Notes: a model not told the origin generated them from the sequence alone. A stretch of DNA of 64,000 nt from Candidatus Thiopontia autotrophica (GCA_014384675.1 JACNFK010000014.1:1213-65212); one strand, 5' to 3'; numbered from the stretch's first letter, positions 1 through 12,249 are shown. Numbers and translations: made by a program.

Positions 1-1289
1 GTTTGCTCCTCGGGATTCTTCTGCTCCTCTTCAAGAAGTTTTGGTGATCGTGCCAGTTTCTCAATCTGGGCAGGTTCGGTTATCTCTTTTTTGGGGTGAA
101 TTCCCATCTCTATAAAACGGCGAGCACTGGAAAACAGGTTTCGATCCAGTGAGCCAACCGCCTTGTTGAATGCATCAATACTGCCATCAAGATTTTTTCC
201 AACTTTTGCAAGGTGGCCACTGAATACGGCAAGGCGATCATAGAGCTGTACCCCTACTTCCCTGATGGTTTCAGCGTTTCTGGCGACCTCTTGTTGCCTC
301 CAGCCAAAGGATATTGCACGAAGCAGGGCAACCAGGCTGGTTGGGGTGGCAAGAATCACCTTCTCCTTGAGGGCATCTTCCAGCAGGGTGTGGTCCCGCT
401 CCAGGGCACTACTGAGAAATTGATCCCCGGGAATAAAGAGGACTACAAAATCGGGACTCTCGTCAAATTGCGACCAGTAGCTTTTGGCTGCCAGCTCCTT
501 GATCCGTTTGCGCACATTTCTGGTGTGGCGCCCCAGCTCTTGATCACGCTCCGCATCTGTGGCGGCCTCGGTTGCATTTATGTATGCATCCAGTGGGGTT
601 TTGGCATCAACAATAATGGCTCGATGATCGGGCAGATGGATGACCATGTCTGGACGGAGTATGCCATCCTCTCCATCGATCTGCTCCTGCTCTATAAAGT
701 CTGCATGTTCAACCATTCCTGCCAGCTCTGCCAGCCGTTTGAGGGTAAGTTCTCCCCACTGTCCACGAACCTCGGGGCGACGCAGGGCCTGAACCAGGTT
801 GCGGGTCTCTTGCTGTAGCTGCTCCTGGGTCAGGGTTATGCTTTTTAGGTGTTGGGTGAGAGAGCCATACTGCTCTTTGCGCTCCTTCTCTATCTCACGC
901 AGCTGTTTGTCACTCTTTTCCAGAGTCTCCTTGATTGGTTTCAGAAGGGTATCAATGGCCTGTTGACGCTGTTTTAGTTCACTATCCGATTGAGTGTGGT
1001 GTTTTGCCAGAGACTCCTCTGCCAGTTTAAGAAATGACTCGCTATTGTTCTTTAATGCTTTTGCAGTTAGATCATTAATTACCTGGTTCAGTTCATCGCG
1101 GTTTTTGCTGCGGGCGTGGCTTATCTTCTCCTCTACATGTTTCCGTTCACTATCCAGAACGGCCTCAAGTCTGGCATTCTCCGCACGTAGCTGCCTGTTT
1201 TCATCTCTATTGTGCTCTGCCTTGCGCCAGAGATAGAGGGAGACTGCAAGCAGGATGGCGAGGATTATGGTCAGGATGATTTCACTCAT
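1..1289 (-). CDS. rmuC: DNA recombination protein RmuC; the C-terminal end runs off the window start
   Basis: Minus-strand translation from ATG at 1289-1287 reads [38 protein letters not shown]... with an N-terminal TM, a coiled coil and a C-terminal RmuC-like region (FVVLFIPGDQF...ATPTSLVALLRAISFGWRQ). It is open to the window edge, so it is missing from the ORF track. The start overlaps the gph stop (ATGA). Confidence 0.8.
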   Translation of the reverse strand, partial: MSEIILTIILAILLAVSLYLWRKAEHNRDENRQLRAENARLEAVLDSERKHVEEKISHARSKNRDELNQVINDLTAKALKNNSESFLKLAEESLAKHHTQSDSELKQRQQAIDTLLKPIKETLEKSDKQLREIEKERKEQYGSLTQHLKSITLTQEQLQQETRNLVQALRRPEVRGQWGELTLKRLAELAGMVEHADFIEQEQIDGEDGILRPDMVIHLPDHRAIIVDAKTPLDAYINATEAATDAERDQELGRHTRNVRKRIKELAAKSYWSQFDESPDFVVLFIPGDQFLSSALERDHTLLEDALKEKVILATPTSLVALLRAISFGWRQQEVARNAETIREVGVQLYDRLAVFSGHLAKVGKNLDGSIDAFNKAVGSLDRNLFSSARRFIEMGIHPKKEITEPAQIEKLARSPKLLEEEQKNPEEQ

Positions 1290-1939
1290 TGGGATAGCCA
1301 GTTCAGTATTTCAGACGGGTGGTCAATAATGCCATCAGCGCACCACTCTGTAATCTTGTCATCACTGCTGAGATAGCCAAAGCGTGCGGCAATTGTAGTC
1401 ATCTCTGCCCTGTTTCCAGCCTCGATATCACGGCTGGCATCTCCAACATAGATGCACTGCTCTGGTGAGAGATTAAGTAACTCACAGGCATGGAGAAGTG
1501 GTTTTGGATGCGGTTTTGAGCTGTCTGTCGTATCTCCACTGATGATGCACGAGGCACGCTGAGAGAGCCCAAGTTGTTCGATCAGCGGATCGGTAAAGCG
1601 GGCAGGTTTGTTGGTGACAACCCCCCATGGAATATTCTGTCTGTCCAGATGCAGCAGAAGATCCTCCATTCCCCCCATAAGGGTGGTCTCACGAGCGATA
1701 TTTTCACTATAGATGTTCAGTAGTTGTTGACGATGCGCCTCAAATATCTGCTCTTCCAGCTGGTCACCAAAACCAAGATATATGAGGGGAGCACTGCCAT
1801 GGGAGGCCACCTCCCTGATGTCGGATAGCGGTAGTGGCTTCCTGTTGTTCTGGATTAGTACCTGATTCAGAGCATAGGCGAGATCAGGCGCAGTATCGGC
1901 AAGGGTGCCGTCAAGATCCAGGAGAACAGCTTTGATCAT
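1286..1939 (-). CDS. gph: Phosphoglycolate phosphatase (HAD family)
   Basis: [11 protein letters not shown] motif I and overall similarity to Gph. It overlaps ubiG by 4 nt. Confidence 0.85.
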   Translation of the reverse strand: MIKAVLLDLDGTLADTAPDLAYALNQVLIQNNRKPLPLSDIREVASHGSAPLIYLGFGDQLEEQIFEAHRQQLLNIYSENIARETTLMGGMEDLLLHLDRQNIPWGVVTNKPARFTDPLIEQLGLSQRASCIISGDTTDSSKPHPKPLLHACELLNLSPEQCIYVGDASRDIEAGNRAEMTTIAARFGYLSSDDKITEWCADGIIDHPSEILNWLSQ

Positions 1940-2652
1940 GAACTGCCGAGAGGACGGGCATGGGCAAAGTAGTTTACATCCACATTTTTACCCAGTGAGT
2001 AGGTCATGGTGAGTGGGTTGTAGCTCATGCCGGTAAGGTCATCCATGGAGAGGTCTACCGCGCGGGCCCACTGCTCCAGCTCTGCTGGCTTGATGAACTT
2101 GTCATGGTCATGAGTGCCCTTGGGGAGAAGGTTGAGAATATACTCTGCCCCTATTATGGCCATCATGTAGGATTTCAGGTTGCGGTTGATGGTGGAGAAG
2201 AAGAGGTGGCCATCGGCCTTTACCAGCCTGCTACAGGCATCCACAACGGAGGCAGGGTTGGGGACATGTTCCAGCATCTCCATGCAGGTGACTATGTCAT
2301 AATTTCCTGGCTCTTTTTCTGCCAGCTCTTCCACTGTGATCTGTTGGTAATCAACATCCAGTTTTGACTCCAGCAGGTGCAGTCTTGCCACAGAGAGCGG
2401 AGCCTCTCCCATGTCAATACCGGTTACCGTCCCCCCAGCCCGAGCCATCCCCTCTGAGAGAATTCCGCCACCGCAGCCAACATCGAGAATTCGCATCCCA
2501 TTGATTGGGGTGTAGCGCTCGATATAGTCCAGGCGCAGTGGATTTATCTCATGCAGTGGCTTGAATTCGCTGTCCCGGTCCCACCAGCGGTGAGCCAGGG
2601 CCTCAAATTTGGCAATCTCTTCACTATCTACATTGTCTGCAACAGTTGTCAT
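1936..2652 (-). CDS. ubiG: Bifunctional 3-demethylubiquinone 3-O-methyltransferase / 2-polyprenyl-6-hydroxyphenol methylase
   Basis: Shows the [16 protein letters not shown] motif and UbiG-like N- and C-terminal regions. Confidence 0.9.
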   Translation of the reverse strand: MTTVADNVDSEEIAKFEALAHRWWDRDSEFKPLHEINPLRLDYIERYTPINGMRILDVGCGGGILSEGMARAGGTVTGIDMGEAPLSVARLHLLESKLDVDYQQITVEELAEKEPGNYDIVTCMEMLEHVPNPASVVDACSRLVKADGHLFFSTINRNLKSYMMAIIGAEYILNLLPKGTHDHDKFIKPAELEQWARAVDLSMDDLTGMSYNPLTMTYSLGKNVDVNYFAHARPLGSS

Positions 2653-3962
2653 TGATCTATTTTACCTTGCCACTCCATGGCTTGTTGTTTCAGTTTTTCC
2701 TGGTCCAGGGTGACCAGATCTCCGCCTCTTAGCAGGTGTTCTCCATTGACCCAAACCTCACGAACCTGGTTACGATTGGCAGAATATATCAGCTGGGAAG
2801 CGACATTGTATATGGGGTTAGTCTCCAGTGCACTGAGGTCAACGGCAATAAGGTCAGCCGCCTTTCCAGCAACTATGGAGCCGGTGATCTTTCCAAGCCC
2901 AAGTGCCTTGGCGCCATTCAGTGTTGCCATCTTTAGTGTCTGATGGGCAGACAGAGATGTGGGATCAAGGGAGACGCCTTTGGAGAGCAGGGCGGCAGTT
3001 CGTGCCTCACCCAGCATGTCCAGATCATTGTTGCTGGCGGCACTGTCTGTACCCAGTGCAACATTTACCCCTGCCTTCATCAATTTATCAACCGGGCAGA
3101 AACCACTGGCAAGCTTTAGATTTGATTCCGGGCAGTGGACTACACTGGCACCATACTCTGCAAGCAGCTTGATCTCGTCATCATTGAGCTGAGTCATGTG
3201 AACAGCAGTCAGTTGTGGCCCTAATAGCCCAAGATTGTGTAGCCGTTGCAGAGGTCTCATGCCAGATTGTTCAGTTGCCTCATCTACCTCATGGGCTGTC
3301 TCGTGAATATGCATGTGGATGGGTATGTCCAACTCCTCTGCAAGCATCTGAATTCTCTTCAGGGGTGCATCAGATACTGTGTATGGTGCATGTGGGGCAA
3401 ATGCAGTATGAATATGTGGGGAGTTTCGATACTGGTCATGTATTTTAAGCCCTTTCTCAAGATATTCATCGGGGCCGTCACCCCAGGCAGTTGGAAAATC
3501 GATGACAATCAGGCCGATTACTGCACGAATACCGCATTGGGCAGCGCTGTTTGCAGTCACCTCGGGGAAGAAGTACATGTCATTGAAGCAGGTTGTGCCT
3601 CCACGCAGCATCTCTGCCATCGCCAGCTCACTGCCGTCACGTACAAAATCTTCACTTACCCATTTCTGTTCAGCCGGCCAGATATGTTCCTGGAGCCAGG
3701 TCATAAGTGGAAGATCATCAGCAATCCCTCGTAACAGGGACATCGCTGTATGAGTATGGGAATTGATCAGCCCCGGCATCAATACGTGTCTCTCCAGGTC
3801 AAAACTCTGGGTCGCACTGTATTTTGCGCGCGCCTGTTCGCTTGTTAGTAGCTCAAGTATTAACCCATCATGGATAGCAACCGCATGGTTCTCCAGAATG
3901 GTCTCATCAGGCTCAATGGGGATGATCCATTCTGCATGAATTAATGTATCAATAGCTTGCAT
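2649..3962 (-). CDS. mtaD: 5-methylthioadenosine/S-adenosylhomocysteine deaminase (TRZ/ATZ amidohydrolase family)
   Basis: Contains the amidohydrolase metal motif [15 protein letters not shown] and is about 437 aa. It is divergent from mtnA, which fits a methionine-salvage context. Confidence 0.75.
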   Translation of the reverse strand: MQAIDTLIHAEWIIPIEPDETILENHAVAIHDGLILELLTSEQARAKYSATQSFDLERHVLMPGLINSHTHTAMSLLRGIADDLPLMTWLQEHIWPAEQKWVSEDFVRDGSELAMAEMLRGGTTCFNDMYFFPEVTANSAAQCGIRAVIGLIVIDFPTAWGDGPDEYLEKGLKIHDQYRNSPHIHTAFAPHAPYTVSDAPLKRIQMLAEELDIPIHMHIHETAHEVDEATEQSGMRPLQRLHNLGLLGPQLTAVHMTQLNDDEIKLLAEYGASVVHCPESNLKLASGFCPVDKLMKAGVNVALGTDSAASNNDLDMLGEARTAALLSKGVSLDPTSLSAHQTLKMATLNGAKALGLGKITGSIVAGKAADLIAVDLSALETNPIYNVASQLIYSANRNQVREVWVNGEHLLRGGDLVTLDQEKLKQQAMEWQGKIDQ

Positions 3963-4015
3963 CCGGGTAAGATTACGGCCTGGATAGAAAAATACAAGTC
4001 ATAAGGAAGAAAGAG

Positions 4016-5059
4016 ATGATGATGGATAGAAAGGAGTCACCAGCAATTCAGTGGGATGGGGGTCAGTTGATCTTGCTGGACCAGAGAATTCTGCCGCTGC
4101 AGGAGGAGTATATTCAGTATCAGGATGTAGATGAGGTTGCAGTAGCAATACGGGACATGGTGGTTCGAGGGGCGCCGGCAATCGGGGTAACAGCCGCCTA
4201 TGGCGTGGTTCTGGCGACAAAAAATCGGCTCGCATCATCTGGAGAGAGATGGAGGGCGGATCTTGATAGTGATCTGAAGATGTTGGCACAGGCCAGACCT
4301 ACGGCAATCAATCTGCACTGGGCGATTGAGCGTATGCGTCCTCTGCTTGATGGTGACAAGAATACCCTGGTTCAGTCACTGACTGCAGAGGCTGAGGCTA
4401 TTCATCAGGAGGATATTGATGCCTGCAAAACAATGGGCGGGCTCGGTGCCGCCTATATCAACCCGGGAAGTGGGGTATTGACCCACTGTAATGCAGGGGC
4501 ATTGGCAACTGGGGGTTACGGGACGGCACTGGGGGTTATCCGTTCGGCATGGAGCGAAAATCGCCTGCAGGCGGTGTTTGCGGATGAGACCAGACCCTGG
4601 CTGCAGGGGGCACGACTCACCGCCTGGGAGCTGCTACAGGATGATATACCGGTGTCTCTGTTGGCAGATGGCGCCTCATCCTGGCTGATGAAACATGGCA
4701 AGGTGGATTGGGTGGTGGTTGGCTCTGACAGAATTGCAGCTAATGGGGATGTTGCCAACAAGATTGGCACCTACGCAACTGCTATAGCAGCCCGCCACCA
4801 CGGGGTTAAGTTCATGGTAGTTGCCCCAACCTCTACCATAGACAGGGATGTTGTCTCGGGTGATGAAATCCCGATAGAGGTACGTGAGGCCGAGGAGCTT
4901 TTTTCCTGTAGTGGGGGGCGCATGGCAGCGCAGGGAGCAGCCGGTTGGAACCCTGTTTTTGATGTGACCCCGGCTGAGTTGGTGGATGTGATTGTGACCG
5001 AGAGAGGGGTGGTGGAGAATCCCACAAGAGAGAAAATTGAGGCACTATTTTCCGCCTGA
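4016..5059 (+). CDS. mtnA: Methylthioribose-1-phosphate isomerase
   Basis: Belongs to the eIF-2B alpha/beta/delta-like family. The N-terminal region ([17 protein letters not shown]...[18 protein letters not shown]) is typical of MtnA. Confidence 0.85.
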   Translation: MMMDRKESPAIQWDGGQLILLDQRILPLQEEYIQYQDVDEVAVAIRDMVVRGAPAIGVTAAYGVVLATKNRLASSGERWRADLDSDLKMLAQARPTAINLHWAIERMRPLLDGDKNTLVQSLTAEAEAIHQEDIDACKTMGGLGAAYINPGSGVLTHCNAGALATGGYGTALGVIRSAWSENRLQAVFADETRPWLQGARLTAWELLQDDIPVSLLADGASSWLMKHGKVDWVVVGSDRIAANGDVANKIGTYATAIAARHHGVKFMVVAPTSTIDRDVVSGDEIPIEVREAEELFSCSGGRMAAQGAAGWNPVFDVTPAELVDVIVTERGVVENPTREKIEALFSA

Positions 5060-5141
5060 TTCTGTTACAATTCACGGTTTGAAAAGAGCGGGATAAACCG
5101 TCTCTTTGTGGCTGTTCACAACTCATACCGTTTAATATTAA

Positions 5142-7709
5142 ATGACTGAATTTGCAAAGGAAGTCCTCCCTGTAAACATCGAGGAGGAGATGCGGCAGTC
5201 GTACCTTGACTACGCCATGAGCGTGATTGTCGGGCGTGCGCTCCCAGATGCCAGAGATGGCCTTAAACCTGTCCATCGTCGAGTGCTCTATGCGATGCAT
5301 GAGCTGGGGAATGACTGGAATAAATCCTACAAGAAATCGGCCCGCATTGTCGGTGACGTAATTGGTAAGTACCACCCTCATGGTGATACCGCGGTTTACG
5401 ATACGATTGTCCGTATGGCGCAGCCATTCTCGCTACGTTACATGCTGGTTGATGGTCAGGGTAACTTCGGTTCGGTGGATGGTGACTCCGCTGCCGCAAT
5501 GCGTTACACCGAGATCCGGATGTCAAAGATCGCCCATGATCTATTGGCTGACCTGGATAAGGAGACTGTCAATTTTACCCCCAACTACGATGAGAGTGAG
5601 CATGAGCCCTCCATCCTTCCGACCCGTCTGCCAAATCTACTGATCAACGGTTCTGAGGGAATTGCAGTAGGGATGGCAACCAAGATTCCTCCCCATAGTC
5701 TGACTGAGGTGGTTAGCGCAACAATAGCACTGGTTGATAATCCGGAGCTGGATATTGCTGGATTGATGGAGCATGTTCCTGGACCAGATTTCCCGACAGG
5801 GGCTATTATCAATGGGGTCAAGGGGATTCATGAGGCCTACAAGACGGGCCGTGGTCGTATATATTTGCGTGCGCGCACCCATATTGAGGGTGAAGAGGGG
5901 AAGAAGCAGACCCTGGTAGTTGATGAACTCCCATACCAAGTCAACAAGGCGAGACTGCTGGAGCGTATCGGTGAGCTGGTGCGCGAGAAGAAGTTGACCG
6001 GAATATCTGCCCTGCGTGACGAGTCCGATAAGGATGGCATGCGCATGGTGATTGAGCTGAAGAGGGGAGAGGTGGCGGACGTCGTTCGCAACAACCTCTT
6101 CAAGCAGACTGCTATGCAGAATGTCTTCGGCATCAATATGGTGGCGTTGGTTGATGGTCAGCCTCGTCTGATCAATCTGAAGCAGGCGCTTGAGGTGTTC
6201 ATTCGTCACCGCCGCGAGGTAGTAACTCGTCGTACTATATTTGAGCTACGCAAGGCACGTGAGCGTGCCCACGTACTGGAGGGGTTGGCGATTGCGTTAA
6301 CCAATATTGACCCTATTATTGCGCTGATCAAATCATCAGCAACACCAGCTGAAGCCAGAGAGAAGCTGGGATCGCAGGGGTGGCCGCCAGGAATCGTGGT
6401 GGAGATGCTGGATCGTGGCGATGCTGCAGATACCCGTCCCGAGGGGCTGGCTGATGGTTATGGTCTGATTGATGATCTATATCACCTCTCTCCAGTGCAG
6501 GTGCAGGCAATTCTTGATCTTAAACTTCACCGCCTTACCGGGCTGGAGAAGGAGAAAATTCTGGATGAGTACAGGGCCCTGCTGGAGAAGATTGGAGAGC
6601 TGCTCAATATCTTGCGCAATCCTGATCGCCTTATGGAGGTGATCCGTGAAGAGCTGGTAGAGATGCGGGACAAATATGGAGATGAGCGCAAGACCGAGAT
6701 TGTGCAGACTCAGGTAGATCTCTCGTTGGAGGATCTGATTAGTGAGGAGGATGTAGTTGTTACTCTTTCTCATGGTGGCTACGTCAAGGCGCAACCGGTT
6801 GCAGATTATCGCGCACAGCGCCGAGGTGGTCGTGGCAAGACGGCGGCAGCGATAAAGGATGAGGACTTTGTTGACAAGCTGGTTGTTGCCAATACCCATG
6901 ACACCATTCTCTGTTTCTCAACCAGAGGACGTCTCTATTGGTTGAAGGTGTATCAGTTACCGCAGGCTGGACGCACGGCTCGTGGAAAACCGATCAACAA
7001 CCTGCTTCCGCTGGAGGATGGGGAGCGTATTACCGCATTCCTGCCAGTGAGGGAATATAGTGAAGACAAGTTCATATTCATGGCGGCCACAAGCGGTATT
7101 GTTAAAAAGACACCTCTGACCGCATTTTCACGCCCCAGAACTGCAGGCATCATTGCTGTAGAGCTGAGGGATGATGATGAGCTGGTTGGGGTAGAGCTGA
7201 CTGGCGGGAGTAGTGACATTATGCTCTTTGCCAGCGGTGGCAAGGCGGTTCGTTTCCCTGAGTCGACAGTGCGGGCTATGGGACGTACAGCGCGCGGGGT
7301 CAAGGGAATGCGGCTCAATGTCGGTGAGCGCATTATCTCACTACTGGTTCCACAAAGGAGTCATGTTTTGACTGCAACCGAGCATGGGTTTGGCAAGCGC
7401 ACCTCGCTGGAGGAGTACCCATGCAAGGGCAGGGGAACCAAAGGGGTGATCTCAATTCAGACGTCAGAACGAAATGGTGCTGTTGTAGGTGCGGTTCAGG
7501 TTGATGAGGGAGAGGAGATCATGATGATCTCCAGTGGCGGTGTGCTGGTTCGTACCCGTGTGTCCGAGGTCTCCGTTTTGGCGCGCAATACCCAGGGTGT
7601 AACCCTTATTCGTCTGGGAGATGATGAGAGGTTGGTCGGGATCGAGCGTGTTGAGGAGAGTGAGGTGGAAGAAGCGGAAGAGGCAGTAGAGAATAGTGAA
7701 GATGAGTAA
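5142..7709 (+). CDS. gyrA: DNA gyrase subunit A
   Basis: 855 aa. The N-terminus ([29 protein letters not shown]) is the canonical GyrA motif, and the protein has an acidic C-terminal tail. Confidence 0.97.
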   Translation: MTEFAKEVLPVNIEEEMRQSYLDYAMSVIVGRALPDARDGLKPVHRRVLYAMHELGNDWNKSYKKSARIVGDVIGKYHPHGDTAVYDTIVRMAQPFSLRYMLVDGQGNFGSVDGDSAAAMRYTEIRMSKIAHDLLADLDKETVNFTPNYDESEHEPSILPTRLPNLLINGSEGIAVGMATKIPPHSLTEVVSATIALVDNPELDIAGLMEHVPGPDFPTGAIINGVKGIHEAYKTGRGRIYLRARTHIEGEEGKKQTLVVDELPYQVNKARLLERIGELVREKKLTGISALRDESDKDGMRMVIELKRGEVADVVRNNLFKQTAMQNVFGINMVALVDGQPRLINLKQALEVFIRHRREVVTRRTIFELRKARERAHVLEGLAIALTNIDPIIALIKSSATPAEAREKLGSQGWPPGIVVEMLDRGDAADTRPEGLADGYGLIDDLYHLSPVQVQAILDLKLHRLTGLEKEKILDEYRALLEKIGELLNILRNPDRLMEVIREELVEMRDKYGDERKTEIVQTQVDLSLEDLISEEDVVVTLSHGGYVKAQPVADYRAQRRGGRGKTAAAIKDEDFVDKLVVANTHDTILCFSTRGRLYWLKVYQLPQAGRTARGKPINNLLPLEDGERITAFLPVREYSEDKFIFMAATSGIVKKTPLTAFSRPRTAGIIAVELRDDDELVGVELTGGSSDIMLFASGGKAVRFPESTVRAMGRTARGVKGMRLNVGERIISLLVPQRSHVLTATEHGFGKRTSLEEYPCKGRGTKGVISIQTSERNGAVVGAVQVDEGEEIMMISSGGVLVRTRVSEVSVLARNTQGVTLIRLGDDERLVGIERVEESEVEEAEEAVENSEDE

Positions 7710-7759
7710 CGGCCGCCACCGGTGGCCACAATTGATGATATAGGCAAGGAAGATAGATA

Positions 7760-8842
7760 ATGGCAAGAAGCTACAATTTTAGTGCAGGTCCGGCAATGCT
7801 GCCGACTGCAGTTATCGAGCGCGCACAACAGGAGATGCTGGAGTGGGGTGATGCAGGAATGTCAGTGATGGAGATGAGCCATCGCGGCAAAGATTACATG
7901 TCCATTGCAGAGAGGGCAGAGGCTAACCTGCGCGAGGTTATGGCAATTCCAGAAAACTACAAGGTGCTATTCCTGCAGGGTGGCGCATCCAGCCAGTTTG
8001 CAATGGTTCCACTGAATCTGTTGCGTGGCAGGGAGAGTGCTGATTACCTCAATACCGGAATGTGGTCAAAGAAGGCTGTTGCCGAGGCAGGCCGTTACTG
8101 TAGTGTGAATCTGGCAGCTGATACCTCAGAGGGTGGTTTCACGGCGGTTCCAACAGCGGAGTCATTAAAACTGAATGCCGATGCGGCATATGTCCACTAC
8201 ACTCCCAATGAGACTATTGGCGGTGTGGAGTTTGACTATGTTCCAGAGACTGGCGATGTGCCTCTGGTTGCAGATATGTCATCTACTATCCTCTCTCGCC
8301 CTATGGATGTATCAAAGTATGGAGTGATCTATGCTGGGGCACAGAAGAATATCGGCCCTGCAGGACTAACTATTGTGATTGTCCGTGAGGATCTGGTTGG
8401 CGAGACCCTGGGTGGTACCCCGGCGATGTTTGACTATGCGACCCACGTAAAGGCTGGCTCAATGTATAACACCCCACCAACCTACAGCTGGTATATGGCA
8501 GGTCTGGTCTTTGAGTGGATCAAGGAGCAGGGTGGGCTGGCTACAATTGGAGAGATCAATGAGCGTAAGGCTGGAAAACTCTACGCCGCTATTGATGGTT
8601 CCGATTTCTATGGTAATCCGGTAGAGAAAAATGGTCGTTCATGGATGAATGTTCCGTTTACTCTGGCCGATGCGGAGCTGGATGGCGCATTCCTGAGTGG
8701 TGCTGCGGAGCGTGGCCTGGTCACTCTGAAGGGGCACCGTTCTGTTGGCGGCATGCGTGCCAGTATCTATAATGCAATGCCCGAGGCAGGTGTGGATGCA
8801 CTTGTCGAGTACATGAAAGAGTTCGAGAAAGATCAGGGATAG
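7760..8842 (+). CDS. serC: Phosphoserine aminotransferase
   Basis: 360 aa. The N-terminus (YNFSAGPAMLP) and a class V aminotransferase fold match SerC, and the gene sits downstream of gyrA as in Pseudomonas-type synteny. Confidence 0.95.
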   Translation: MARSYNFSAGPAMLPTAVIERAQQEMLEWGDAGMSVMEMSHRGKDYMSIAERAEANLREVMAIPENYKVLFLQGGASSQFAMVPLNLLRGRESADYLNTGMWSKKAVAEAGRYCSVNLAADTSEGGFTAVPTAESLKLNADAAYVHYTPNETIGGVEFDYVPETGDVPLVADMSSTILSRPMDVSKYGVIYAGAQKNIGPAGLTIVIVREDLVGETLGGTPAMFDYATHVKAGSMYNTPPTYSWYMAGLVFEWIKEQGGLATIGEINERKAGKLYAAIDGSDFYGNPVEKNGRSWMNVPFTLADAELDGAFLSGAAERGLVTLKGHRSVGGMRASIYNAMPEAGVDALVEYMKEFEKDQG

Positions 8843-8845
8843 ACA

Positions 8846-10006
8846 ATGAACAAGATTCTTACACTAAACAATATATCTGTGGCTGGGCTGGATCGTCTGC
8901 CACGTGACAACTATGAGGTTGCCTCCGAGATCCAGCATCCGGATGCAATCCTGCTGCGCTCCTACAAAATGCACGATATGGAGATCCCTGAGACCCTGAA
9001 AGCGGTTGGTCGTGCTGGTGCCGGGGTGAACAATATTCCGGTCGAGAAGATGACTGAGCATGGAATTCCGGTATTTAATGCCCCTGGTGCAAATGCCAAT
9101 GCGGTAAAGGAGCTGGTGATCTCCAGCATGTTGATGGCAAGTCGTAATATTGCCCAGGCGTGGAATTATGCAAAGAATCTCGAAGGAGATGATGCCTCCA
9201 TTGCCAAAAATGTCGAGGCAGGGAAGAAAAAATATGTCGGTTTTGAGCTGCCCGGACGTACCCTCGGGGTAATTGGTCTGGGTGCTATTGGGGTGCAGAT
9301 TGCCAATGCGGCAATCTCGCTGGGAATGAAGGTTATCGGTTATGATCCATCAGTAACAATTCAGAGCGCATGGAATCTCTCCTCCGAAGCGGTTCGTGCC
9401 CACAGTGTGGACGAGCTTCTGACAGAGGCCGATTTCATCACTTTTCATGTTCCGTTGATTGATGCGACAAAGAACATGATCAACGAAGATCGCCTCAAGA
9501 TCATGAAAGATGGCGTTGTGATAATGAACTTTGCCCGCGGCGGCATTGTTGATGATGCTGCTGTTCTGGAGGCCCTGGATTCTGGTAAGGTCTATGCGTA
9601 TATTAATGACTTCCCTACCAATGAGAACAAGGATCATCCCCGAGTAGTCTGTCTGCCACATCTGGGAGCATCTACTGCAGAGGCAGAGGACAACTGTGCC
9701 ATCATGGTTGCAGATCAGGTCAAGGACTACCTGGAGAATGGAAACATCACCAACTCGGTCAACTTCCCTGAGATGAAGATGCCACGGGCAGGTTCAGCGA
9801 GGATTGCAGTAGCGAACTCCAATGTTCCAAACATGGTGGGGCAGATAACCTCACTGTTGGCAGATGCTGGAATCAATATTGTTGATATGATGAACAAGTC
9901 GAGAGATGAGATCGCATACAACCTGCTTGATGTTGATGGAGATATGGATGATGTTGAGGAGAAGATTCGAGCTATTGAGGGGGTTTTGTCGGTTCGTATT
10001 ATTTAA
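8846..10006 (+). CDS. serA: D-3-phosphoglycerate dehydrogenase (2-hydroxyacid dehydrogenase with a C-terminal ACT-like domain)
   Basis: Contains a GxGxxG NAD-binding fold (GVIGLGAIGVQIA) and D-isomer-specific dehydrogenase catalytic residues. It is a 386 aa short-form PGDH. Confidence 0.75.
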   Translation: MNKILTLNNISVAGLDRLPRDNYEVASEIQHPDAILLRSYKMHDMEIPETLKAVGRAGAGVNNIPVEKMTEHGIPVFNAPGANANAVKELVISSMLMASRNIAQAWNYAKNLEGDDASIAKNVEAGKKKYVGFELPGRTLGVIGLGAIGVQIANAAISLGMKVIGYDPSVTIQSAWNLSSEAVRAHSVDELLTEADFITFHVPLIDATKNMINEDRLKIMKDGVVIMNFARGGIVDDAAVLEALDSGKVYAYINDFPTNENKDHPRVVCLPHLGASTAEAEDNCAIMVADQVKDYLENGNITNSVNFPEMKMPRAGSARIAVANSNVPNMVGQITSLLADAGINIVDMMNKSRDEIAYNLLDVDGDMDDVEEKIRAIEGVLSVRII

Positions 10007-10021
10007 CTGATTGGGGGCACA

Positions 10022-11119
10022 ATGGACGGAGAGAAGAGACTCGGAGAGATTCGCCAGGAGATTGATCAACTGGATCAGCAGATTCAGCAGATGATCAGTC
10101 GACGAGCAGAGCTTGCCCAGGAGGTGGCGGAGGTAAAGTTGTCTGCAGAAGATTCGGCTGGAGGCACAGTTGATTTCTACCGGCCGGAGCGAGAGGCGCA
10201 GGTTCTATCTCTGGTGATGGAGCGTAACCAGGGGCCGTTGGGCGACGAGGAGATGGCGCGCCTCTTCCGTGAAATCATGTCCGCCTGTCTAGCTCTGGAG
10301 AAGCCGATGCGTATCGCCTTTCTTGGTCCAAGGGGAACCTTTACTCAGGCAGCGGCACTGAAACAGTTTGGTAAGTCAGTAACAACAGTTCCACTGGGAG
10401 CCATTCCTGATGTGTTTCATGATGTGGAATCTGGTGAGGCCAACTATGGTGTGGTCCCGGTGGAAAACTCTACCGAAGGGGTGATCACCCATACCCTCGA
10501 CATGTTTATAAATTCACCACTGCAGATCAATGGTGAGGTGGAGCTTAGAATTCACCACCACCTTATGAGTCAGCTGGAAAATCTGGATGATGTAGTACGC
10601 ATCTATTCGCATCAACAGTCTCTGGCACAGTGTCGGGACTGGCTGGAGGCGCACCTTTCCGGAGTTGAGCAGGTTCCGGTCTCCAGTAATGCAGAGGCTG
10701 CCCGTCTTGCATCAGAGGAGAAGGGGGCTGCAGCAATAGCAGGTGAGGTCGCCGCAGAGATCTATGAGCTTGGTATCTTGGCACACAATATCGAGGATGA
10801 GCCGGACAATACCACCCGTTTTCTGGTGATAGGAAAACAGTCTCCTCGCCCCAGCGGCAACGACAAGACATCTCTGCTGGTCTCTACCAGTAATCGCCCG
10901 GGAGCACTTTATGATTTGCTCTCGCCATTCTCGGAAAACGGGGTCTCAATGAGTAGAATCGAATCTCGCCCGTCACGTCGTGGCAATTGGGACTACCTCT
11001 TCTTTGTTGATCTTGAAGGGCACTCGGAGGATGAGAATGTAAAGGATGCCCTGGAAAAACTGGAATCCAATGCAACCATGTTCCGGGTTTTGGGGGCGTA
11101 CCCCAAGGCTATCCTGTAA
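10022..11119 (+). CDS. pheA: Bifunctional chorismate mutase / prephenate dehydratase (P-protein)
   Basis: It has an N-terminal CM_2 domain (LGEIRQEIDQLDQQI), a PDT domain and a C-terminal ACT domain. Confidence 0.9.
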   Translation: MDGEKRLGEIRQEIDQLDQQIQQMISRRAELAQEVAEVKLSAEDSAGGTVDFYRPEREAQVLSLVMERNQGPLGDEEMARLFREIMSACLALEKPMRIAFLGPRGTFTQAAALKQFGKSVTTVPLGAIPDVFHDVESGEANYGVVPVENSTEGVITHTLDMFINSPLQINGEVELRIHHHLMSQLENLDDVVRIYSHQQSLAQCRDWLEAHLSGVEQVPVSSNAEAARLASEEKGAAAIAGEVAAEIYELGILAHNIEDEPDNTTRFLVIGKQSPRPSGNDKTSLLVSTSNRPGALYDLLSPFSENGVSMSRIESRPSRRGNWDYLFFVDLEGHSEDENVKDALEKLESNATMFRVLGAYPKAIL

Positions 11120-11130
11120 CAGAGTTTACA

Positions 11131-12249
11131 ATGGCCACTTGTGACATCCATGAATATGCCATGTCTGGAGTTCAGGGTATCAACCCATACCAGCCAGGCA
11201 AGCCAATCTCCACGCTGGCTCGTGAGATTGGAATGGATGAGTCTGCAATCATCAAGCTTGCATCCAACGAAAACCCGTTGGGGCCGTCTGCCAAGGTAAC
11301 GGAGGCCGTCTCCAGCGTACTTGGCGAGCAGTCTCGTTACCCCGATGGCGGAGCTGTTGAGTTACGAGATCGACTGGCTCAGCACCATGAATGCAATCCT
11401 GCGCAGATAACTGTCGGTAATGGGTCTAATGATGTGTTGGATCTGATTGCCAGAACATTTCTTGGCGAGGGGCGTTCTGCGGTCATGTCTGAACACGCCT
11501 TTGCGGTCTATCCGCTCTCCACCCAGGCTGTTGGTGCCTCCTCGGTTGTAACCCCGGCAAAGGAGTGGGGACATGATCTGGATGCAATGGCTGGTGCTGT
11601 CAGGGACGATACTCGTGTTGTCTGGATAGCTAACCCCAATAATCCAACAGGCAGCTGGGTTGATAGTGATGCACTGCACAGCTTTTTATTACAGCTACCA
11701 CAGGATGTGGTGGCGGTGGTTGATGAGGCCTATATAGAGTTTGTGGAAGATGATGATTATCCAGACAGCTCTCTCTGGCTGGGCCAATTTCCCAATCTGA
11801 TAGTGACCCGTACATTCTCCAAGGCATATGGCCTGGCCGGCTACAGAATAGGTTATGCACTATCCAGTGAGACCATTGCTGATCTGCTAAACCGTGTGCG
11901 TCAGCCATTCAATGTGAATACTCTGGCCCAGGCGGCAGCAATGGCTGCTCTTGATGACCAGGACCATATTCAGCGGGGGGTTGAGTTGAATCGAATCGAG
12001 ATGAGAAAGATGGAGCAGGGATTTGATCAGCTTGGTCTGAAATGGATTCCATCAGCAGGTAATTTTGTCTCGGTTGATATTGGACAGTCGGCAATGCCAG
12101 TTTTTGATGCCATGCAGAGAGAGGGAGTGATTGTGCGCCCTGTCGGTAACTATGGAATGGCTAACCATCTACGAATATCCATTGGCCTGCCTGACGAGAA
12201 CAGTCGTTGCCTGCAGGTGTTGACCAAAATATTGAGGGGGCAGCAATGA
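11131..12249 (+). CDS. hisC: Histidinol-phosphate aminotransferase
   Basis: Closely resembles Pseudomonas HisC2 (NPYQPGKP...KLASNENPLG...RTFSKAYGLAGYRIGY). Confidence 0.88.
   Translation: MATCDIHEYAMSGVQGINPYQPGKPISTLAREIGMDESAIIKLASNENPLGPSAKVTEAVSSVLGEQSRYPDGGAVELRDRLAQHHECNPAQITVGNGSNDVLDLIARTFLGEGRSAVMSEHAFAVYPLSTQAVGASSVVTPAKEWGHDLDAMAGAVRDDTRVVWIANPNNPTGSWVDSDALHSFLLQLPQDVVAVVDEAYIEFVEDDDYPDSSLWLGQFPNLIVTRTFSKAYGLAGYRIGYALSSETIADLLNRVRQPFNVNTLAQAAAMAALDDQDHIQRGVELNRIEMRKMEQGFDQLGLKWIPSAGNFVSVDIGQSAMPVFDAMQREGVIVRPVGNYGMANHLRISIGLPDENSRCLQVLTKILRGQQ

Noticed and set aside
213-1236. Plus-strand ORFs 213-818 and 994-1236
   Set aside because: They are antisense to the long, convincing RmuC reading frame that runs off the window edge. 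There are no recognisable motifs, so they are shadow ORFs.
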